In this document: piece by piece, positions 27,024 to 33,615 of the stretch
How positions within the stretch are numbered: position 1 is the first letter of the stretch
How the letters are laid out: each line of letters opens with the position of its first letter
Origin: a virus
Length of the DNA stretch: 58,303 nt
Strand: one strand, 5' to 3'
IMG/VR virus record: IMGVR_UViG_3300045988_124525
Span: 1 to 58,303 of that record
Translations under genes and position numbers: made by a program
The notes under the pieces: generated by a model
Databases searched by the model: none
What the model saw: only the letters and a program-made list of their open reading frames with translations
Told to the model about the DNA's origin: nothing

Positions 27024-27218
27024 TCGCAAATATACCCATAATAATCCAACGTCCAATATCCTCACCTTGAAAAACGAAGAATAATTCAATATTTATTATG
27101 AGAATATGATAATATGGGGTATATTCGCGTGTCATCGATTAGAGTATAAGACGTGACACACATTGTGGCGTTAAAGATATCGTCTCCTATAAAGACCTAA
27201 ATTCCCCAAATTTATAAA

Positions 27219-27360
27219 CATAACAGGGAGCCGATAGCAACAATACGCCCACGTTATTTGTATATATAATCTATATATAAGACGTGGGCCGTTGCTTACT
27301 ACCTGTTATGTTGGCGTGGGGACGCCGGGTCTTGGTAGTTGCGACGGCGCCACGTTTTTT
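27219..27360 (+). ncRNA. Candidate small RNA: 92-nt compound hairpin plus intrinsic terminator
   Basis: Helices 27219-27/27302-10 (9 bp), 27236-41/27291-96 (6 bp), 27247-53/27283-89 (7 bp), with an AT palindrome at the tip. Terminator at 27315-27354 followed by T6. Confidence 0.45.
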
Positions 27361-27396
27361 ATGCGTATATGGTATGTTATATATTTATAACCCCTT

Positions 27397-27780
27397 ATGG
27401 CTCTCATCCGTGATGGACCGGAGCCATTACTTAAAGATATTACACTAGGTTGTCATAAAATAACTTTATCAAAGCCATACCGCTCTTTCGTGAGAACCAG
27501 AGGTATATTTATGCCAATTGGCATAAAATATAGTTTGAATAAATATTTCCCGCTTCCCTTGGGTGGTATTGGGAGGCGTTTAAGGGGGATATACCCACCC
27601 TTGCCATTCCGGGAGGATCGGCGACGATGATTAGGTATGCCCCTGTTTGGAAATGGATCTAGATATTACAAACGCTCCCGTTCGTGAGAATAGGACCGTT
27701 TAAGTTATCTGGACACATTCATATTGATTATAGTTAAACGATTAAGGCTCCCTTGCCCGTGAGGTTTTGGGGAGTTTTTT
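27397..27780 (+). ncRNA. Candidate structured RNA with a pseudoknot, ending at an intrinsic terminator
   Basis: Hairpin atggctc/gagccat (27397-27427). GUGA-capped hairpins at 27475-27507 and 27669-27701. S1 27551-58/27571-78 (8 bp), with its loop pairing 27561-66/27595-600 (6 bp). Terminator at 27748-27774 followed by T6. Confidence 0.45.
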
Positions 27781-27914
27781 ATTTTAGGTGCCTCAAAACT
27801 ATTAATAGCTTCATACCTTAGGAGACAAGCAGGTAATGAATAAGGGCCCGAGGCAATCCCCCGACCCTTATTATCCAGAGTCAACCATCATGGAGGCTAT
27901 CCAGTCGCTTTATA

Positions 27915-28136
27915 TTACTTTTCATATCGACCTCCTTTCAATGGTATCATCGCGGCCTTAGCTGGGAGCTTTGCTCCTTTCAACTCTTTTATATCACGTT
28001 TTATCTTCAGCACCTCATCAAATAGCATGTTAAAGCTTACGCTCAGATTAACGACATCACCTCTGTAATGATCTAACAGCTTGAAGATGGCTTCTTTATC
28101 ACTAATCTCTGTAATCTCATTTTCTTTCATATTCAA
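27915..28136 (-). CDS. Hypothetical protein
   Basis: 73-aa ORF. Confidence 0.5.
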   Translation of the reverse strand: MNMKENEITEISDKEAIFKLLDHYRGDVVNLSVSFNMLFDEVLKIKRDIKELKGAKLPAKAAMIPLKGGRYEK

Positions 28137-28266
28137 TCAATCTTTTAATATTTCACAATTATTTTCAAGTCACAAAAGGTTAAAGTCTTGGGTATACGTA
28201 CTTAATCCGTACATCTAATTATTTAGGTCACATTTTATACTTGGCATAGTCAAGGAAGGGGATCTT

Positions 28267-29007
28267 TCAAACAATCCTAGTAATCTTACCGTCACCGGGA
28301 TCACCTCCCAGAAGATGGTTTATGTAAGCCAGCCCCTTCTGGGTTACGAGTACCTTCGTCACGACAAAGCCCGGATGATTCTCCCTCTCAATAAACTTCT
28401 CGGTCATCTCGAAATACCCGGCGTTGATGCACTTCTGTTTTGGCTCGTTCCGGTTGGAGAAGAACACGCCTATTTCTTTAAGCTTCTTGAAGAGGATATT
28501 TCTTCCGAACCCTAATTTCAATATCTTCGCAGCCATACCGATATCAACCTTGTCCGAGGTCTCGAAAGCCTTGTCCGCGAAATCGGCCTTGGGCTGGAGC
28601 TTGCTGATAGTTCTATTTGCCTGTTCTATCTGCTCTTGCTGCTTGGCCGCCAACATCAACGCCTCCGAGAAAGATTGTGGAATCTGGAAACCTCCAGTCT
28701 TGATCTGCTCTTCCATACGGTTGAAAGCCTCAATATAATCTAACTTGAATTGAAGGGCCTTATCACCAGTAAAGCCCATAACCAATAATGTAAATCCATC
28801 ACGATTCATAATATACATTGGCTGCATACGTCCATAATTATCTGGATATTCAGACTCAATGAAAAGATCGGCTGATTTTTCAGCCGATGTCATTAAGTCT
28901 TTGATGGTCTACATAATGTTCTTATGTAATTTGCCAAACTTCTCAGCGACCAACAAGCTGTTCGTGAAAATGCGATTATTATCGCCTTTAAATACTAATT
29001 CTTTCAT
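28267..29007 (-). pseudogene. Rha-N / KilAC antirepressor interrupted by an in-frame TAG
   Basis: MKELVFKGDNNRIFTNSLLVAEKFGKLHKNIM-TAG-TIKDLMTSAEK... is continuous in one frame. The stop (28909-28911) falls in the conserved Rha motif, aligned to NVIRDIEKLL of the paralogue 32198..32938. Confidence 0.6.
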
Positions 29008-29101
29008 GATCTTAATATATTTGTTGTTGAAAATCCCTTCAAACCCTCCGGCGATATTACCGGAGGGGTATCTACTTCCGATCCTCTCCCCGTCGTTCAA
29101 G

Positions 29102-29362
29102 TTATCCCGCAAGCCTTACGCAAGTCATGTCGCTAATTACGCTCATGAATCTATCGTAGGTCTTTTTATTCCATTCCTTGTGATCCGGCATCCAGTCATT
29201 GAATATCTCCATATAGACTACCTCGTGAAATCTGTCCTGTACGGTGACGCATAAACCGCCCGTCTCCGGCATTACGCCTACGTTTATATGTACCGGTTTC
29301 TTTCCGATCATACACTCCAACGCAATCCTTTGTACGTTCTTCAATACTTCTATCGTTCCCAT
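29102..29362 (-). CDS. Hypothetical protein
   Basis: 86-aa ORF. Confidence 0.5.
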   Translation of the reverse strand: MGTIEVLKNVQRIALECMIGKKPVHINVGVMPETGGLCVTVQDRFHEVVYMEIFNDWMPDHKEWNKKTYDRFMSVISDMTCVRLAG

Positions 29363-29389
29363 ATTCCTTATATTATTAATGTATAGTTA

Positions 29390-29641
29390 TCAATCACCCG
29401 AATAAACCCTGTTACCGTAAAGGCTAGCCATACCGACATGAGTAAGTCTTACAACATGGGATCTTTGCGCAAGCTCCTTGGCAAACGCCGCACGTTTTTC
29501 CGCAAGCTGCACCATCGCTTTCGCCGATCCCCAAGCCTGTTTAAGGCACGAGCCGAATGTACGTCCGTATATTTTGCACTCTCTATAGATCTTATGCGCT
29601 TCCTTCATGATCTCACTCTTGTTGTATTTCTGTGTTGCCAT
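29390..29641 (-). CDS. Hypothetical protein (divergent from the XRE gene)
   Basis: 83-aa ORF. Confidence 0.5.
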   Translation of the reverse strand: MATQKYNKSEIMKEAHKIYRECKIYGRTFGSCLKQAWGSAKAMVQLAEKRAAFAKELAQRSHVVRLTHVGMASLYGNRVYSGD

Positions 29642-29673
29642 TGTTCTGTTGTTTTATTTTGATAACGCAAAAG

Positions 29674-29779
29674 TAAAGCATATAACTTTATTAAACAAGC
29701 TATATGATTTAAATAATAAAGCGTTTAACTTTATTTAGTAAAGTGTATTGATTTAATTATAATAAAGCATATTACTTTT
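29674..29779. promoter_or_regulatory. Four operator-like 17-bp palindromes plus the -7 box of the XRE promoter
   Basis: TAAAG-N7-CTTTA at 29674-90 and 29717-33. Degenerate copies at 29739-55 and 29763-79. TActTTTG at 29773-80 overlaps the last copy. Confidence 0.6.
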
Positions 29780-29800
29780 GTGGTATAAACTATTATAGAT

Positions 29801-30082
29801 ATGTACAGAATAAAAGAAATCTTAGACGAAAAAGGTATTTCAGCAAAAAACTTAGCTGAAAGAATGGGCGTAACACCTCAATATATAAGTGGTATTATAA
29901 GAGAAAAAGGTAGTGCATCTATCAGCGTACTTTCTAATATCGCTAAAGAATTGAATGTACCTTTAGCTTCTCTATTTGACGATTACAAAAGTGCACCAGT
30001 AAGCAACTCTTTAAATGTAATTTGTCCTCATTGTGGCAAAGAAGTAAATATAGAACTAACCAAACCAAAAGAAAATGATTGA
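29801..30082 (+). CDS. XRE-family HTH regulator with a C-terminal CxxC zinc ribbon
   Basis: KGISAKNLAERMGVTPQYISGIIREKGSASISVLSNIAKEL is an XRE HTH. CPHCGK near the C-terminus. Confidence 0.8.
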   Translation: MYRIKEILDEKGISAKNLAERMGVTPQYISGIIREKGSASISVLSNIAKELNVPLASLFDDYKSAPVSNSLNVICPHCGKEVNIELTKPKEND

Positions 30083-30105
30083 TAGGACTTTTTATGCTCT
30101 AAAAA

Positions 30106-30137
30106 ATTGCATTGCAACTATAAAATAGTTACATTTG
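30106..30137 (+). promoter_or_regulatory. Bacteroidota-type promoter for hicAB
   Basis: aTTG (30106-09) - 20 nt - TAcaTTTG (30130-37), 15 nt upstream of the hicA ATG. Confidence 0.5.
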
Positions 30138-30151
30138 CAAAAACATTCAAT

Positions 30152-30409
30152 ATGGGAACAAAAGAAAAGTTGGTAGAACGCTTCAAGAAACAACCTAACG
30201 ATTTTACGTTTGATGAGCTGGAAAGGCTCTTATCCATATTTGGATATGTAAAATCAAGCAAGGGTAAAACGTCTGGGTCAAGAGTGATTTATCGCAATGG
30301 CGACAAACGTCCTATTATGTTGCACAAGCCCCATCCCGGAAACATAATAAAAGGGTATGCCATGAAGCAAGTATTGGATGATTTAACAGAAGCAGGATAT
30401 ATAAAGTAA
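30152..30409 (+). CDS. hicA: HicA-family mRNA-interferase toxin
   Basis: FTFDELERLLSIFGY...GSRVIY...MLHKPHPGNIIKGYAMKQVLDDL is the HicA/YcfA pattern. Confidence 0.8.
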   Translation: MGTKEKLVERFKKQPNDFTFDELERLLSIFGYVKSSKGKTSGSRVIYRNGDKRPIMLHKPHPGNIIKGYAMKQVLDDLTEAGYIK

Positions 30410-30420
30410 AGGAGGTTATT

Positions 30421-30759
30421 ATGAATACATTGACTTATAAAGGTTATATCGGGTCTGTATCTTTTAGCGAGAAGGACAATGTTTTCTTTGGAAAGATAGA
30501 AGGCATTGATGGTCTTGTTAATTTTGAGGGGGAAAGCGTGCGGGAACTTACAACGGCTTTCCACGAGGCTGTAGATGATTATCTGGCGTATTGCGAGGAA
30601 GAGGGGATTGAACCGCATAAGAGCTATTCTGGCTCATTGAACGTTCGTTTATCACCGGAACTTCATAGTAGAGTGGCTGTTCTGGCAAAGCAAGCAGGCG
30701 TTTCCATTAATGCTTTCATAAAAAAAGCCGTGGAAAAGCAAGTTGCTGTAATGTTGTGA
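30421..30759 (+). CDS. hicB: HicB-family antitoxin with a RHH C-terminus
   Basis: TYKGYIGSVSFSEKDNVFFGKIEGIDGLVNFEGESVRELTTAFHEAVDDYLAYCEEEG...GSLNVRLSPELHSRVAVLA. Confidence 0.85.
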   Translation: MNTLTYKGYIGSVSFSEKDNVFFGKIEGIDGLVNFEGESVRELTTAFHEAVDDYLAYCEEEGIEPHKSYSGSLNVRLSPELHSRVAVLAKQAGVSINAFIKKAVEKQVAVML

Positions 30760-30894
30760 TTTGGAATAGAACATATACTTACCTTGCCATTTAATATATG
30801 CTTCAAGTAGCGTAGGAGATATACTTCGTTGGCAAGGTTTGTACTACTTAAATTAAGAAATATGTTATCGAACATGTAATTTCCCCCTATACCA

Positions 30895-30926
30895 TTTGCT
30901 TTTGTTAACATTATTATCTACCTTTG
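30895..30926 (+). promoter_or_regulatory. Strong Bacteroidota-type promoter for the lipoprotein gene
   Basis: TTTG (30895-98) - 20 nt - TAccTTTG (30919-26). Confidence 0.65.
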
Positions 30927-30955
30927 TCACATCATTAATTAAACTAAATCAAGTC

Positions 30956-31477
30956 ATGAAGAAAATATTGTTTGCTATAATTTGTATAGCTTTAATGGTA
31001 TGCTCTTGTTCGAAGGACGATCCTTTAAATCCAATAGATACTAATTTCCCTACAGAAGGAGAATACGGTATTATCTCAGTGGTAAACAATAATCATGAAG
31101 TTCAATACGACGGTCTTGCAGGAGCGTTAATATTGGAAGATCTTATCGTGCTAATGGCAAATAAAAAAGAAGATAAGGCCATAAGGCTAGGTTTTATAGG
31201 AAAAATGTCTAATGACTCTATTAGAAATAATCTCACAGGGGAATATCTTGGCAGTTTTGATAAGAATAAGAAATCCTTGATTATAAATTATATAGACTCC
31301 AAAAAAGATCTATATGTCATTGAACTTAAAAAGGATTTATATAAAAAAATGAACGGGGAAAAGACTAATCAGACATGTGTCAAAATAGGATGTAAGAATA
31401 ACACAGATAAAGGCAGTTTGTTTTGCGGCAATCATCATGGCAGTTATGACTTTCAAATACAAATTCCGGGATTATAA
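30956..31477 (+). CDS. Lipoprotein of unknown function
   Basis: MKKILFAIICIALMVCSCSKDD lipobox. AT-rich. Confidence 0.65.
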   Translation: MKKILFAIICIALMVCSCSKDDPLNPIDTNFPTEGEYGIISVVNNNHEVQYDGLAGALILEDLIVLMANKKEDKAIRLGFIGKMSNDSIRNNLTGEYLGSFDKNKKSLIINYIDSKKDLYVIELKKDLYKKMNGEKTNQTCVKIGCKNNTDKGSLFCGNHHGSYDFQIQIPGL

Positions 31478-31498
31478 TTTATATATTTGTGATATCCA

Positions 31499-32065
31499 AT
31501 GAAAAAAATATTTTTATTTTTAATTATTTTAAATTGCGGCATAGCACAAGCTCAATTTGAAATTGTCCCCGGTGGATTTATAAATAAAGAAAATCCATCA
31601 CAAAATTACGTTGTTTTCAACTTTGATGATCAAAAAGCCAGCGATCTTTACGCTAAGGTCTTATCTTCTATCACGTCTAAATATATCTCTCCAGATGATG
31701 TGACAAGTAATATCCCTAATGAAATGATTAATTTAAGAGGTGTATACAAAGATATTTGCCAAGTAAAAGTTTTAGGAAAGAAATTTACATATACCTTGGA
31801 ATGTAATCTGATCTTTAGGTTTAAGGATAATAGAATTAGAGTGGATACTCCTTCCGAGAATAAACTATATACTTATAGCGGTTATATGGACAAGTGTTAC
31901 TTGTTTTTAGATAAGGGTAAAAACAGCACTGATCTGTATTTATTTAAAACTAATGGAGATATTAGATATAAAGAGGCAAAAGATGAAATTGAAATTTTTA
32001 TCAATGGGCTAATTAACTCATTGATATATGACACAGACAATTCTAATAACAATGACGATTGGTAA
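31499..32065 (+). CDS. Secreted protein of unknown function
   Basis: Signal peptide MKKIFLFLIILNCGIAQAQ. AT-rich. Confidence 0.6.
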   Translation: MKKIFLFLIILNCGIAQAQFEIVPGGFINKENPSQNYVVFNFDDQKASDLYAKVLSSITSKYISPDDVTSNIPNEMINLRGVYKDICQVKVLGKKFTYTLECNLIFRFKDNRIRVDTPSENKLYTYSGYMDKCYLFLDKGKNSTDLYLFKTNGDIRYKEAKDEIEIFINGLINSLIYDTDNSNNNDDW

Positions 32066-32074
32066 CCCACCTCC

Positions 32075-32114
32075 AAATCCCCTCCACCCAAAAGGCTCTG
32101 GAGGGGATTTTTAT
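32075..32114 (+). terminator. Intrinsic terminator ending the XRE-hicAB-lipoprotein unit
   Basis: 12-bp perfect stem aaatcccctcca/tggaggggattt running into a T tract. Confidence 0.7.
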
Positions 32115-32197
32115 CCCCCTTGCTGTCTCACGACATGAGGGGGCTTATGAAAACTAAATCAAATCATGTCTATATTTTGTTTGAGCAACCATAATAA

Positions 32198-32938
32198 TCA
32201 AGCAACCCCTTTCTCTCTGATCATATTGGAGATAATATTGTAGATATACTCAATAAAACGATGCTTCTCAGCGATATCCAAATTAGACTCTCCGTTTTTC
32301 TTCTTATAGCTACGAATAGATATATGATATAGATAGTACAATTGATCGTATATCTTGCGCCAAACATCCTGTTGTTTCACATTATGGGCGGAAGAGTATC
32401 TATTAACCATCTGTCTGATCTTATCTCTTAAACTCATTTCCGGTATCTTTTCCGTTGAAACAGGAATAGCCAAAAGGAGTTTTCCATTTTCTTCTCGTTC
32501 TTGTTCTATCGCTTCTATTCGTTTTTCCACATTGGATATCCTGTTCTCATATTCCAAGTTGATGTTAGCTTGCATGGCAAACATCTGTGCGGATGAAAGA
32601 GGTTTGCTTTGCTCTTTCAACGCTTTCTCCATTTCTTCGAAAGCGTCATAAAAATCATTCTTAAACCTTAGAGCCTTAATCCCGTTATATCCCATAACAA
32701 GGATAGAGAATCCTTTTCTATTCATAATGTATACAGGATTACTTTTCCCGGTAGAATCCTCATAAGTATCTATAACAAAGGCTAAACTCATTTTTGAGTT
32801 TAGTTCTTTATCCTCTGTATTAAGTAGTTTTTCTATGTCACGAATAACATTGGCATGTCTTTTCCCAAACTTCTCTGCCACTAGCAAGCTATTAGTAACA
32901 ACTTGCCCATTATTGCCTTTAAATACTAAACTATCCAT
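32198..32938 (-). CDS. Rha-family phage regulatory protein / antirepressor
   Basis: VTNSLLVAEKFGKRHANVIRDIEKLL...PVYIMNRKGFSILVMGYNG is the Phage_pRha pattern. Confidence 0.75.
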   Translation of the reverse strand: MDSLVFKGNNGQVVTNSLLVAEKFGKRHANVIRDIEKLLNTEDKELNSKMSLAFVIDTYEDSTGKSNPVYIMNRKGFSILVMGYNGIKALRFKNDFYDAFEEMEKALKEQSKPLSSAQMFAMQANINLEYENRISNVEKRIEAIEQEREENGKLLLAIPVSTEKIPEMSLRDKIRQMVNRYSSAHNVKQQDVWRKIYDQLYYLYHISIRSYKKKNGESNLDIAEKHRFIEYIYNIISNMIREKGVA

Positions 32939-32982
32939 ATTATTAAGTTTTTAACTATTAAAAATATTCTATATTGCTTAAT

Positions 32983-33300
32983 TTACGCCCCATGTTTACG
33001 GATGGAAGGGAGAACCTCTCCGCATACCCAGTCTTGGAATGGTTCGGCTTGCGGCTTGTCGGATCGCATGATTACCTTGTAGAGATTCTTTTCATTGACA
33101 AAATTCATTTGCTGTTCTCTACCGATTGAATCGGTGACCCCAATCCGAATGGGGGCATCCGTCAGTCTTGATTGTACAGCGTCTACACGTAATCCTAAAA
33201 TTTTGCAAACATCCGCAAGGCAAAATAAAGGGTTCTCACTTGTCCCGGCTACTCTCACTTCACCGAAACGATCGTTCTCAAAAATTTTAATTGCTTCCAT
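32983..33300 (-). CDS. BRO-N domain protein (antirepressor N-terminal domain)
   Basis: FENDRFGEVRV...PLFCLADVCKILGL...NLYKVIMRSDKPQAEPFQDWVCGEVLPSIRKHG. Confidence 0.75.
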   Translation of the reverse strand: MEAIKIFENDRFGEVRVAGTSENPLFCLADVCKILGLRVDAVQSRLTDAPIRIGVTDSIGREQQMNFVNEKNLYKVIMRSDKPQAEPFQDWVCGEVLPSIRKHGA

Positions 33301-33501
33301 ATCTTAAAATTTTAATTGTTCGAAATATTTTCTCCCGCAATTTTAGCCATAAGATCAAAACGACTTTGTTATTTTGATTACTTCGGCACCTCTTAATGAA
33401 AAAGCCTCCCCGACACGAGCCACAACACATCGTATCAAGGAGGCTGTTAGCGACCGCTGTCGCCCAAAATCTTCCTAGCCTGTCGTGGTAGGCTGACCAG
33501 T

Positions 33502-33562
33502 AAAAACAAAAAGAGCCATACCCCATAGACGTGACTCTATCGGGTATGGCTCTAAGGCTCTA
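33502..33562 (-). repeat. Late-operon hairpin element, copy A
   Basis: ~95% identical to copy B. Lies 54 nt downstream of the tape-measure stop. Confidence 0.7.
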
Positions 33563-33615
33563 CTGTCTTCTTGTATGTCCAGCAAATATAATAAAAGGAT
33601 TCGGTATATCAAAAA

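Larger units (their letters stand above)
27024..33501. other. Accessory island interrupting the tail operon
   Basis: The tape-measure gene (ends 33616) and the next tail gene (starts 26960) are separated by 6.5 kb of regulatory, TA, lipoprotein and non-coding content. The island is bracketed by hairpin copies A and E. Confidence 0.6.

Noticed and set aside
27397-27630. 77-aa plus-strand ORF in the large intergenic region
   Set aside because: The composition is Arg/Gly/Pro/Leu-rich and unlike a real protein. It overlaps several strong RNA helices and a pseudoknot candidate, so I treat it as non-coding.
33287-33526. ORF MGYGSFCFYW..., and the N-terminal extensions MGCGSFLF (37654), MALFIYTD (46280) and MNYSSFFK (27089)
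   Set aside because: All begin inside copies of the conserved hairpin element (agagccat read as atggctct). These are repeat-derived artefacts, and the true starts lie just downstream.
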